Origin: Acidiferrobacteraceae bacterium
GTDB lineage: Bacteria > Pseudomonadota > Gammaproteobacteria > Arenicellales > UBA868
Assembly: GCA_002724185.1 (NCBI GenBank)
Contig: PBOB01000010.1
Location: forward strand, 22,809-86,808
Direction of reading: 5' to 3'
DNA length: 64,000 nt
Position numbers and translations under genes: made by a program. Positions 1 to 9,691 of this stretch are shown here, piece after piece (position 1 is the stretch's first letter; every line of letters begins with the position of its first letter). The notes below the pieces were generated by a model. That model was not told the DNA's origin. It did no database searches and saw only the letters and a program-made list of their open reading frames with translations.

Positions 1-30
1 ATTGGCAGATCTTTGTGGCGACTCAAAGAT

Positions 31-453
31 ATGAAAGCAACTGTTCAACTAGGCGAGGGATCTGCTTTTCACGGTACATCTGGTACCGGGCATGCTGTGC
101 AGATGGATGTTGCCCCCGAAGTTGGAGGGCGTGATACTGGCCCACGACCTATGGAGATGCTGCTTTTAGGGTTGGGCGGCTGTACAGCTATCGATGTCTT
201 ACACATACTTCGTAAAGGCGATGAGCCAATTGAGAATATGCGGCTAGACCTTCTCGCTGAAAGATCTGACGATATTCCCAAGGTTTTTAAGAAGATTCAT
301 GTGCATTTTATGCTAGTGGGGGCAAGACTGGATGCTAAGAAAGTCCAGCGGGCGATTGATTTGTCGGCAAAAAAGTACTGTTCTGCGTCCTTAATGCTGA
401 ACAAGACGGCTCAAATCACATATGATTTTGAAATTGTGGAAGAATTGACATAA
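31..453 (+). CDS. OsmC/Ohr-family protein
   Basis: ORF 13..453. The ATG at 31 (MKATVQL) is more plausible than the TTG at 13. The segment GPRPMEMLLLGLGGCTAIDV and the ~140 aa size are typical of the OsmC family. Confidence 0.75.
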   Translation: MKATVQLGEGSAFHGTSGTGHAVQMDVAPEVGGRDTGPRPMEMLLLGLGGCTAIDVLHILRKGDEPIENMRLDLLAERSDDIPKVFKKIHVHFMLVGARLDAKKVQRAIDLSAKKYCSASLMLNKTAQITYDFEIVEELT

Positions 454-524
454 GACGACAGAACACGATCACGCTTGGTCAAGGCAAGAAAAACCCTAAT
501 ATAATTCCGAACAGGCCGTTTAAT

Positions 525-1787
525 ATGACTACTGAACCAATTCTTAACAAGGGATCGACTGCTGGGGAACAGCATTACGAATCATCTAACTCAATTACTA
601 ATGGGCCCTCGTTGCCTCATGAGCGCTTTGGTTTGCAACAATTTTTTGAGCGTATGGGTCAACCACGGATTATATTTAAGTTGTGGGATGGCTTTGGAGT
701 CGGAAGTTCTCAAGAATCTATCGGGACTGTCACCTTTAGGAATCGCAAGATTCTTTATCAGCTACTGTTTTCTGGAGAAGTAGCGTTTGGTGACGGCTAT
801 AGTGTTGGGAGTATAGATATTGATGGCAATCTAGTAGATATGCTAGTCGAAAGCAATGTTAGCCGTTACCAACACTTGGGTATTCAATCATCATTTCGTC
901 GCAATCCTTTTTCGAGATTCCGTCCATCCAATACACTTGGCCGTGCACAAAAAAATATTCATCATCACTATGACATTGGAAATGAGTTTTATCGCATCTG
1001 GCTAGATAGTGAAATGCAATATACGTGTGCTTATTTTCCGGATGACAGTTTGACATTAGAGGCGGCACAACAGGCTAAAATGGATCATGTTTGTCGAAAG
1101 CTACGACTACAGCCAGGCGATAAAGTTGTTGAGGCAGGATGCGGTTGGGGTGGATTAGCCCGGCATATGGCTAAGTATTACGGTGCAAATGTTACGGCCT
1201 ATAACATTTCCGAAGAACAGGTGAGATATGCTTCTGATCGAGCTAAATCGGAGGGTTACAGTGATCAAGTAAGTTATGTGCAAGATGACTACCGGAATGT
1301 CGTAGGCAACTTTGATGTTTTTGTTTCTGTAGGCATGCTAGAGCATGTAGGGAAAGATAACTATAGAGAGCTTGGCAATGTTATCGCGTCCTGTTTAACT
1401 GATGAAGGTCGTGCTCTCATTCACAGTATTGGACGAAATGTACCAAGGCAAATGAGCGCATGGATTGATCGAAGGATATTTCCAGGAGCATACCCCCCAA
1501 CACTTGGGGAAATGATGAATATATTAGAGCCAAATAGGTTTTCTGTGCTTGATATTGAAAATCTCCGTTTGCATTACGCTCGAACCTTGGAGCACTGGTT
1601 ACAGCGTTTTGAAGACGCGAACAAAGAAGTCTCAGAGACTTTTGATGATAACTTTATTAGGGCCTGGAGGCTGTATCTATCCGGCTCTATTGCTGCTTTC
1701 TTGACAGGTGGATTGCAATTATTTCAAGTTGTATTTTGTAGAGAAAGAAATAATCAGATTCCTTGGTCGAGAGAGCATATATATTAA
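525..1787 (+). CDS. Cyclopropane-fatty-acyl-phospholipid synthase-like SAM-dependent methyltransferase
   Basis: 420 aa. SAM-binding motif VVEAGCGWGG. CMAS-family-like segments YTCAYF and HYARTLEHW. Confidence 0.8.
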   Translation: MTTEPILNKGSTAGEQHYESSNSITNGPSLPHERFGLQQFFERMGQPRIIFKLWDGFGVGSSQESIGTVTFRNRKILYQLLFSGEVAFGDGYSVGSIDIDGNLVDMLVESNVSRYQHLGIQSSFRRNPFSRFRPSNTLGRAQKNIHHHYDIGNEFYRIWLDSEMQYTCAYFPDDSLTLEAAQQAKMDHVCRKLRLQPGDKVVEAGCGWGGLARHMAKYYGANVTAYNISEEQVRYASDRAKSEGYSDQVSYVQDDYRNVVGNFDVFVSVGMLEHVGKDNYRELGNVIASCLTDEGRALIHSIGRNVPRQMSAWIDRRIFPGAYPPTLGEMMNILEPNRFSVLDIENLRLHYARTLEHWLQRFEDANKEVSETFDDNFIRAWRLYLSGSIAAFLTGGLQLFQVVFCRERNNQIPWSREHIY

Positions 1788-2256
1788 GAGCTGCCCCCAT
1801 CATGGAACTTATATTTGCAGTCGATGCATTGTATGAGCTAAATCCTATCGAGAAAATGATCGATAGCACATTAATATTAGCCTTTGGATTGATTGCATGT
1901 GTAAATGGGGTTATGGGGAAGATACCCATGTGCTCAATAAGTTCAGAGATCTGAATCGAACTTGACTATTGTTACCTACGAGCTGCCAATATCATTTCTC
2001 GATATTAAGGCAACTATGATTTTTGTTCGACAAATTGTGCCAACATTGCCAAGGACAAAGACTAGACAATTTTGAATTGTACTGACAGGGGTGCATAATC
2101 GCTCAATTACTATGATTAACTCTCTAGACATACCAGAAAACGAATAAAGAAGATAGGTAATATATCGCAATATGCGGATTAATCGATTTTGTCCATGAAA
2201 GATTGCCAGTTAATGTTGTAAAATTGATCGATTAAAGTTTGCGACATAAGGTTATT

Positions 2257-2565
2257 ATGAATGAATTAATGGAACCTCGATTTGGGCGTGCAGATCATTG
2301 GTTGCGATTAGTTTTTGCATTGCTCTACTTTGGTTTAATTTTTTATTTGGTGCGAATTCTTGTAGGATTGGTACTAGTAGCACAGTTTATTTTGGCGGCA
2401 GCGCTTGGCGAGCCCAATGATAGACTTCTAAGATTTACCGAAGATCTTCATAGTTTTAGTTACCATGCCCTTAGATTTATTACTTGGAACACTGATGATA
2501 GGCCCTTTCCGTTTTCGGATTGGCCGAGTCCGCAAGGTACTAATAAATCTGTAGTTGATCAATAA
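2257..2565 (+). CDS. Small membrane protein, DUF4389-like
   Basis: ORF 2239..2565 with an ATG at 2257. It has two hydrophobic helices and a tail DDRPFPFSDWP that I recall from DUF4389 proteins. The family call is from memory only. Confidence 0.45.
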   Translation: MNELMEPRFGRADHWLRLVFALLYFGLIFYLVRILVGLVLVAQFILAAALGEPNDRLLRFTEDLHSFSYHALRFITWNTDDRPFPFSDWPSPQGTNKSVVDQ

Positions 2566-2606
2566 GCACCCTGATCTAGTGAAAGAAATTAGGTCTATTA
2601 ATTCCT

Positions 2607-5198
2607 ATGCAGGCATCTTATTATCCGAGTGAAGTTGAAGAGCAGGTGCAGGCGTACTGGGAAAAGCATCTGAGTTTCCAAGTAACAGAAAGATTAGATA
2701 AAGAAAAGTTCTACTGTTTGTCGATGTTGCCCTATCCGTCTGGTCATCTTCATATGGGGCATGTACGCAACTACACGATCGGCGATGTTATGAGTCGATA
2801 TGAAAGAATGCGTGGTCGAAATGTAATGCAACCGATGGGTTGGGATGCTTTTGGTTTGCCAGCTGAAAATGCTGCAATTCAGCGTGAGGTTCCACCGGCA
2901 AAATGGACGTACCAGAATATAGAGCACATGAAGCACCAGTTAAAGCGGATGGGCTTTGGTTTTGACTGGAGTCGCGAGCTTACAACATGTAAACCAGAAT
3001 ATTATCGCTGGGAGCAGTGGTTTTTCACAAAATTAGTAGAAAAAGGTTTGGCTTATCGTCGCAATGCGATTGTTAACTGGGATCCAGTCGACCAGACAGT
3101 TTTAGCGAATGAACAAGTGATCGATGGCAAAGGGTGGAGATCAGGTGCAATAGTCGAAAAGCGGGAAATTCCACAGTGGTTTATTCGTATTACAAGTTAC
3201 GCTGATGAATTACTGGACGAGCTTGATTCTCTGGAGGGTTGGCCCGATTCAGTAAAAACGATGCAAAGAAATTGGATAGGTAGGTCTGAGGGATTAGAGA
3301 TAGAATTTAAGATCGACAAGGAATGCCAAGCTCCACTTAGAGTTTTTACAACTCGCCCCGATACGATTTATGGCGCGACATTTATGGCTGTCTCTATTGA
3401 TCACCCTTTGACCCAATCAGTTGCATCTCAAAATCCTGATGTTTCTGACTTTGTAAGTTCTTGTCGTAGGGGTGCTGTTAGCGAGGTTGAGTTTGAAGCA
3501 ATGGAAAAGCGCGGTATGTCGCTAGATGTTAACGCTATTAATCCGCTCAGTGGTGAAAAAATTCCAGTTTGGGTCGCTAATTTTGTTCTAACGGGATACG
3601 GTACCGGCGCAATAATGGCGGTTCCTGCGCATGATACACGCGACCATGAGTTTGCACTACGCTACAGATTGCCAATTCGGCAGGTTATTTCGCCACTAAC
3701 TGATGAAGAAGTTGACGTCCAAATCCAACCATGGGTTGCGAAGGAAAATACAGTTACAGTGAACTCCGGTGATTTTTCGGGACTTTCCTACCATATGGCC
3801 TTCGAAAAGATCGCAACGTTCGCTGAACAACATGGCATTGGAGAACGCAAGATAAATTATCGGCTTAGAGATTGGGGTGTGTCGCGACAGCGATATTGGG
3901 GTTGCCCTATTCCAATAATTCATTGCTCAGTTTGTGGACCCGTCCCAATCCCTGAAGATCATTTACCAGTTTTATTGCCCGAAGATGTAACTTTTATGGG
4001 AGTTCAGTCTCCACTTAGAGAGTTAGATGACTGGTTAAACGTCAATTGTCCAAAATGTGGTAAATCAAGTGTGCGGGAGACTGATACGTTTGATACTTTT
4101 GTAGAGTCCAGTTGGTACTACGCGAGATACTGTACGCCCAATGCCCCATCGATGTTAGATGATAGAGCAGATTATTGGTTACCAGTTGATCACTACATAG
4201 GTGGTATAGAGCATGCTGTTTTACACCTTCTTTATTTTCGTTTCTGGCATAAACTGATGCGAGATATTGGTTTGGTCAGTAGTGATGAACCAACAACTAA
4301 GTTGCTATGCCAAGGCATGGTGCTGGCTAAAGCATACTATCGAGATAATGATGAGAGTGGTCGCATTTGGATCAGACCGGAAGAGGTAGACTTTCATACG
4401 CACGAAGGAACTACAGACAAAGTACCAGTTTGGAAAGTGGATGGACAAGTTGTGGATGAAACAGGTTGGACTACAATGTCTAAATCTAAGAACAACGGCG
4501 TGGACCCGCATGATCTAATTGACCGATATGGTGCAGACACCGTGCGTCTATTTACTATGTTTGCGTCACCACCAGATCAATCGCTTGAGTGGAATGATGA
4601 TGCAGTGGCTGGCTCCCATCGTTTCCTTCGAAGATTATGGGCCATCGTTTATCGGCATGAAGATATATCAACTGTTAAGTTAGAGAACTTCTCAACTGTC
4701 GATCAAACCACAAGAACATTACGCCGTGATGTGCACACTATTTTGCAGAGAATTCATCGTGGTATGGAGCGACAGCAGTATAATACGGTGGTTGCTGGAT
4801 GCATGGAGATGATGAATTCTTTGGACAGGTTTGATATCGGTGACTCCATGGAGCGCAAAGTAGCACTAACCGAAGGCATAGATATTCTAATTCGCGTCTT
4901 ATCGCCTATTACTCCGCATATTTGTCATGTTCTGTGGCAAGCTCTTGGTAAGAATGAAGAACTCCTTGATTCACCATGGCCAGTTGTTGATCCACTAGCC
5001 TTAATCCGAGATAAAATACAACTTGTAGTACAGATTAATGGCAAGAGGCGCACACAAATAGACGTAACACCTGGGTTAGAAGATCAAGAGATCCGGGCAG
5101 TGGTTCTTTCTGATCCGACGGTATCTCAATATATAGGAGATGCTACGGTCAAAAAAGTTGTTGTAGTCCCAGACCGCCTCGTCAATTTGGTTATCTAA
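2607..5198 (+). CDS. leuS: Leucyl-tRNA synthetase
   Basis: 863 aa. HIGH-type motif PSGHLHMGH, KMSKS-type motif TMSKSKNN, and a class Ia CP1 editing insertion. Confidence 0.97.
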   Translation: MQASYYPSEVEEQVQAYWEKHLSFQVTERLDKEKFYCLSMLPYPSGHLHMGHVRNYTIGDVMSRYERMRGRNVMQPMGWDAFGLPAENAAIQREVPPAKWTYQNIEHMKHQLKRMGFGFDWSRELTTCKPEYYRWEQWFFTKLVEKGLAYRRNAIVNWDPVDQTVLANEQVIDGKGWRSGAIVEKREIPQWFIRITSYADELLDELDSLEGWPDSVKTMQRNWIGRSEGLEIEFKIDKECQAPLRVFTTRPDTIYGATFMAVSIDHPLTQSVASQNPDVSDFVSSCRRGAVSEVEFEAMEKRGMSLDVNAINPLSGEKIPVWVANFVLTGYGTGAIMAVPAHDTRDHEFALRYRLPIRQVISPLTDEEVDVQIQPWVAKENTVTVNSGDFSGLSYHMAFEKIATFAEQHGIGERKINYRLRDWGVSRQRYWGCPIPIIHCSVCGPVPIPEDHLPVLLPEDVTFMGVQSPLRELDDWLNVNCPKCGKSSVRETDTFDTFVESSWYYARYCTPNAPSMLDDRADYWLPVDHYIGGIEHAVLHLLYFRFWHKLMRDIGLVSSDEPTTKLLCQGMVLAKAYYRDNDESGRIWIRPEEVDFHTHEGTTDKVPVWKVDGQVVDETGWTTMSKSKNNGVDPHDLIDRYGADTVRLFTMFASPPDQSLEWNDDAVAGSHRFLRRLWAIVYRHEDISTVKLENFSTVDQTTRTLRRDVHTILQRIHRGMERQQYNTVVAGCMEMMNSLDRFDIGDSMERKVALTEGIDILIRVLSPITPHICHVLWQALGKNEELLDSPWPVVDPLALIRDKIQLVVQINGKRRTQIDVTPGLEDQEIRAVVLSDPTVSQYIGDATVKKVVVVPDRLVNLVI

Positions 5199-5268
5199 GT
5201 CTTGTCATACCCCAAACACAGCAGGAGACTCCACTGTGCTTGTTCAATCTAATTAAAGCAGCGATTAT

Positions 5269-6318
5269 ATGAGAATAAAGATTTCGGGATTGAATTCTGA
5301 ATTAGAGAAGGGATGCGCGGGATTCTATTTGATTTTTGGTGGCGAGCCATTACTGATTGAAGAAGCGTGCACGAAACTTAGGGTTAGCAGTCGAAAAAAT
5401 GGAGCTCAAGAAATCCTACGATTCACGGCTGGTGTTGATCTGGATTGGGAGCATATTCGAGAAATAACGAGATCATTGTCACTATTTGGAGCCCGGAGAC
5501 AAATAGAGATTCGTTTACCAACAGGAAAAGCAGGTATTGCTGGCAATGAAATTTTATCTACTTTAATAGAGGAAGATCGGGAAGATCTCATTGTGGTCAT
5601 AATTGCAGGCCGAATAGACAAGCGAACACAGTCGGCGAAATGGATTAAGTTGATAGAACAAAAAGGAGTTGTGGTTGAAGCTATGGCTGTTAATCCAAAT
5701 TTGTTACCTGGGTGGATTCAGGATAGATTGCGAGAAAGAGATATTCTTATAGAGTCTGGTGTTTCCGAGCGGTTGGCATTCTATGTTGAAGGAAATTTAT
5801 TGGCTGCTGCCCAAGAGATAGATAAGATAGCGGTGCTATTACCAGATGGAAATAAGCTAACTAGTGAATGGCTTGATAATAATATTTGTGATCAAGCGAA
5901 GTTCACTATTTACCAGTTTGTTGATAGTTGTTTGCAAGGTGCTACCACACGTGCAATGAGAATGTTGTCAGGTCTGCGGCGTGATGGTAATGATGCTAAT
6001 ATGTTGGTCTGGGCTCTGGCCAGAGAATTCAGACAATTATCCCAAATGGCGCGTGAAATTGATCAGGGTAAATCTAGACAATCGGTGCTGCGTAATCACC
6101 AGGTCTGGTCAAGTAGGATTTCTTGTGTGGGCACTGCTCTTGCGCGACATGATAAGCACTACTGGAATATATCATTAGCTAGGCTTTCTGAGCTCGACCA
6201 AGCAATCAAGGGGCGACGGGTATTAGTTGGCTCTTCCTGGGAACAGTTGGAGAATATAGTGCTTTCTCTCTGTGGTATAAATATTGATTATGAAGATAGT
6301 GCTGAGATGGTTCGATAG
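5269..6318 (+). CDS. holA: DNA polymerase III delta subunit
   Basis: 349 aa. N-terminus YLIFGGEPLLIEEA is typical of HolA, and the gene sits in the conserved position after leuS. Confidence 0.8.
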   Translation: MRIKISGLNSELEKGCAGFYLIFGGEPLLIEEACTKLRVSSRKNGAQEILRFTAGVDLDWEHIREITRSLSLFGARRQIEIRLPTGKAGIAGNEILSTLIEEDREDLIVVIIAGRIDKRTQSAKWIKLIEQKGVVVEAMAVNPNLLPGWIQDRLRERDILIESGVSERLAFYVEGNLLAAAQEIDKIAVLLPDGNKLTSEWLDNNICDQAKFTIYQFVDSCLQGATTRAMRMLSGLRRDGNDANMLVWALAREFRQLSQMAREIDQGKSRQSVLRNHQVWSSRISCVGTALARHDKHYWNISLARLSELDQAIKGRRVLVGSSWEQLENIVLSLCGINIDYEDSAEMVR

Positions 6319-6321
6319 GCC

Positions 6322-7599
6322 GTGAAGCTCTCAAAATCTAGTTTTGTAGCCTCTGACCAAATGATCACAATGGGTCGTTCGGCGAGGTCTGCCGCAAAGA
6401 ATTTAGCCATCGCTTCTACCAGCCAAAAAAATAATGCGCTTAGAGCTATAGCTAACGAGCTTAGAGAGAGCTCCAAAACGATTTTGCGTGAGAATGCCAT
6501 CGATATTGATTGTGGCAATAAACAAGAACTTAGCATTCCACTGTTAGATCGTCTTCAATTGACTGCCGAGAGAATTGATCTTATGGCGGACGGTATTAAT
6601 CGCGTGGCAGAATTATTTGACCCTGTGGGTGAAATATCTGATCTAAAGAGGCAAGAATCGGGGATTGAGGTTGGTCGGATGAGAGTGCCACTAGGTGTAA
6701 TTGGGATTATTTTTGAGTCGCGACCCAACGTAACGGCAGATGCTGCTGCATTGTGCATCAAATCGGGTAATGCCGCGATACTGCGAGGTGGATCCGAAGC
6801 ATTGCGCTCGAATCTGGCCATTGCAGACTGTATACAGCGTGGTTTATCGGATACTGGGTTGCCAAAAGATTCTGTTCAGGTTGTCCAAGTAGCTGACCGC
6901 GCTGTTGTTGGTGAATTGCTTCAACTGAAAGACTATGTTGATGTAATTGTACCTAGAGGGGGTCGTGAATTGATAGAGAGAGTTGTAGATGAATCGAAGA
7001 TACCTGTTCTACGGCACCTTGATGGCAATTGCCATGTGTATATCGAAAAGTCTGCGAATATCGATAAAGCTGTGGCAATTGCATATAACGCAAAGTGTCG
7101 GCGATATGGCATTTGTGGTGCTATGGAAACCCTACTTTTATCTAAAGAGATTGCTGAAGTTATTCTGAAAAAGCTGATTCCGCTTTATCATTCTGCTGGA
7201 GTAGAACTTCGTGTTTGTCCCGAATCTAAGAAATTGATACCACAAGCAAGGGATGCAACAGAACAAGATTGGTACAGAGAATATCTAGCCCCGATTCTTG
7301 CGGTACGAGTTGTCGATAATCTTGATCATGCCCTAGATCATATTGAACGTTATGGGTCCGGGCATACAGATTCTATTGTTACTGAAGATCTTTCGGTGAG
7401 TCGTCGATTCTTGCGTGAAGTTGATTCCAGCTCTGTAATGGTCAATGCGTCAACACAGTTTGCAGATGGATTTGAGTACGGGCTTGGCGCAGAAATAGGC
7501 ATTAGTACAGAAAAAATTCATGCGAGAGGGCCAGTTGGGTTGGACGGGCTAACTACACAGAAGTTCATAGTCATTGGCGATGGTAGCGTACGCGCTTAG
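6322..7599 (+). CDS. proA: Gamma-glutamyl phosphate reductase
   Basis: 425 aa aldehyde-dehydrogenase fold. Segments IFESRPNVT and CNAMETLL-like (CGAMETLLL). The start could be GTG 6322 or ATG 6361. Confidence 0.93.
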   Translation: MKLSKSSFVASDQMITMGRSARSAAKNLAIASTSQKNNALRAIANELRESSKTILRENAIDIDCGNKQELSIPLLDRLQLTAERIDLMADGINRVAELFDPVGEISDLKRQESGIEVGRMRVPLGVIGIIFESRPNVTADAAALCIKSGNAAILRGGSEALRSNLAIADCIQRGLSDTGLPKDSVQVVQVADRAVVGELLQLKDYVDVIVPRGGRELIERVVDESKIPVLRHLDGNCHVYIEKSANIDKAVAIAYNAKCRRYGICGAMETLLLSKEIAEVILKKLIPLYHSAGVELRVCPESKKLIPQARDATEQDWYREYLAPILAVRVVDNLDHALDHIERYGSGHTDSIVTEDLSVSRRFLREVDSSSVMVNASTQFADGFEYGLGAEIGISTEKIHARGPVGLDGLTTQKFIVIGDGSVRA

Positions 7600-7631
7600 T
7601 GTGGTTGAGCTTTGAGTTTGATTATTAACCA

Positions 7632-8252
7632 ATGATCGGATTATTCGGTGGAACTTTTGACCCGATCCATATTGGTCACGTCGACACTGTATCTTTGGTA
7701 AAGAGAAAATTAGCACTGGATTATGTTTTATTTGTTCCTGCTAATATTCCTCCACATAGATCAAGTCCGATAGTATCTCCAGAACACCGACTCGCCATGG
7801 TAAACCTGGCCATAAAGGATATACCGGGATTCAAATGTGACGATAGGGAAATCAAGCGCGGCGGCGTATCCTATATGATTCTGACTTTGCGCGAATTGAG
7901 GCAGGAGCTAGGTAATAGATCACTGTGTGTTATCTTGGGGCTCGATTCATTTTTGGAGTTACCTTCATGGCATCAATGGACTGAAATTCTTGAGAAAGCA
8001 CACATAGTTGTCATGCAACGTCCAGGTTGGGCCGCGCCTTCGATCCTACCGGATTGGTGGAAAGAGGCGAATCAAAGCAGCATCGACGAGTTGCGTATGC
8101 AGCCACATGGTTTTGTGTATTACTTGCCAGTCCCCAATTGCGAAGTATCGTCAACCAATATACGGAGAAGGGTTCCGAGGTCGCTCGAGAAAGACCATGG
8201 TTTGTCACCTCGAGTTCTACAGTATATCCGTTTGCATAGACTATATGATTAG
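7632..8252 (+). CDS. nadD: Nicotinate-nucleotide adenylyltransferase
   Basis: N-terminal GLFGGTFDPIHIGH nucleotidyltransferase motif and an SSTNIR motif near the C-terminus. Confidence 0.9.
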   Translation: MIGLFGGTFDPIHIGHVDTVSLVKRKLALDYVLFVPANIPPHRSSPIVSPEHRLAMVNLAIKDIPGFKCDDREIKRGGVSYMILTLRELRQELGNRSLCVILGLDSFLELPSWHQWTEILEKAHIVVMQRPGWAAPSILPDWWKEANQSSIDELRMQPHGFVYYLPVPNCEVSSTNIRRRVPRSLEKDHGLSPRVLQYIRLHRLYD

Positions 8253-8646
8253 GCGATCGAGCAGTATCGATGTAAACGATACAACACGGCGTTTGTCGAG
8301 CTTAATTACAGCCACGCTTGAAGATGCAAAGGCAACCGACATCTGTCAGCTGGATGTTCGCAGATTGACAGATATGACTGATTTTATGGTTATAGCAAGC
8401 GGTACTTCTCATCGACATGTCCATGCATTATCAACTCATATCTGTAAAGCGACTGCAGCGATTGGTATCCGGCCGATAGGCATTGAGGGCACCGAAGAAA
8501 ACGAATGGATACTTATTGATTATGCCGATGTTGTAGTGCATCTATTAATGCCAAAAACTCGTGAGTTTTATAGTCTTGAGAAGTTGTGGGATAGTAATCT
8601 AGAGGAGCAGTTTTTGTCTGAGCAGGACACCACAGTAGATTCCTAA
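8245..8646 (+). CDS. rsfS: Ribosomal silencing factor RsfS
   Basis: ORF 8008..8646. The RsfS-like part begins at ATG 8245 and overlaps the nadD stop. It contains DFMVIASGTSHRHV and DYADVVVHLLMPKTREFYSLEKLW. Confidence 0.85.
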   Translation: MIRRSSSIDVNDTTRRLSSLITATLEDAKATDICQLDVRRLTDMTDFMVIASGTSHRHVHALSTHICKATAAIGIRPIGIEGTEENEWILIDYADVVVHLLMPKTREFYSLEKLWDSNLEEQFLSEQDTTVDS

Positions 8647-8651
8647 TTGTA

Positions 8652-9128
8652 ATGCGATTACTAATCATTGCTATAGGAGACCGCACACCTGATTGGATTA
8701 GTGAGGGATTTGCAGAATATTCAAGGCGCTTCCAGAGGCCGTGGGAGTTAACGTTGAAGGAAATATCCGCAAATAAGCGAAAAAGACATGCAAATATTAC
8801 ACGAATTGTCGACGCTGAAGGAGAGCGTCTATTGGCAGCTATACCCCGTGGGTGGTTTACTGTAGCGCTAGATCAAAAAGGAATCCAGTTTGATACTGAA
8901 GCATTAACCAAGCAGCTAAAACATCATTCTGAGCTGGGCAATAATATCGCATTCCTAATTGGTGGACCTGACGGGTTATCAGCTAATGCCCTAAACCGCG
9001 TCGATGCCATCTGGTCTTTGTCAACACTGACATTAGCACATGCTGTAGTGCGTCTAGTAGCAGCTGAGCAGCTCTATAGAGTTTTCAGTATTATTAAAGG
9101 ACTTCCTTATCATCGAGGTGCTCGCTAA
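8652..9128 (+). CDS. rlmH: 23S rRNA (pseudouridine1915-N3)-methyltransferase RlmH
   Basis: 158 aa SPOUT-fold protein with the FLIGGPDGL motif, in the conserved position after rsfS. Confidence 0.9.
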   Translation: MRLLIIAIGDRTPDWISEGFAEYSRRFQRPWELTLKEISANKRKRHANITRIVDAEGERLLAAIPRGWFTVALDQKGIQFDTEALTKQLKHHSELGNNIAFLIGGPDGLSANALNRVDAIWSLSTLTLAHAVVRLVAAEQLYRVFSIIKGLPYHRGAR

Positions 9129-9229
9129 ATGTTAAGAGAAGGCCTATATTTAACGTCAGATATTGAAATGAAAGTTCTGGTGATTTTATTCAACTCACCC
9201 TAGTCATTTTGCTTTCATTACTAGACAAT

Positions 9230-9691
9230 ATGAAAAAATTTGAACTTCAAAGGAGTATCGAAAAATGTCCTGTACATGGTTCGACACCCCCCACTAATCG
9301 TTTAGCAGTACTACTTTTATTATTTTTTCTATTAGTAGTTTTACATCCAGTTGTTTTTTCCCAAGATAATGCCCCCTTGGGAGCAGCGTTGCAGATTTAT
9401 GAGTCGGAATTGTACTACGATGATTGGCCAGAAGAACGCCGAAGTGACTCGATTTTAGAGTTAGCTGTAGTACGCGATTTGTTGTCTTCTTTTGATGAAG
9501 AGAAGGGTCAGGTTATTATTGTTCGACATCCAGGAGGAGATGTGGGAAAAGCATGGGCCTTTGAATTCCAAGGTTGGTTGGTGTCTTTTGGCATTCCCAT
9601 GAATTTCATAATTCTCGAGCCTGGGTCAGGGTATCCTGATGCATTATTGTTATTGATCGAACAAGAATCCGAGACCTCGTCTGCTTTGTAA
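9230..9691 (+). CDS. Hypothetical exported or membrane-anchored protein
   Basis: ORF 9209..9691 with an ATG at 9230. It has a hydrophobic signal/anchor (LAVLLLLFFLLVVLHPVVFS) and no family I recognise. Confidence 0.4.
   Translation: MKKFELQRSIEKCPVHGSTPPTNRLAVLLLLFFLLVVLHPVVFSQDNAPLGAALQIYESELYYDDWPEERRSDSILELAVVRDLLSSFDEEKGQVIIVRHPGGDVGKAWAFEFQGWLVSFGIPMNFIILEPGSGYPDALLLLIEQESETSSAL

Noticed and set aside
8008-8244. A long N-terminal extension of the rsfS ORF (212 aa in total) that overlaps nadD, plus two other overlapping ORFs at 8011-8239.
   Set aside because: The extension lies inside nadD in another frame and has no RsfS similarity. RsfS homology begins at ATG 8245.
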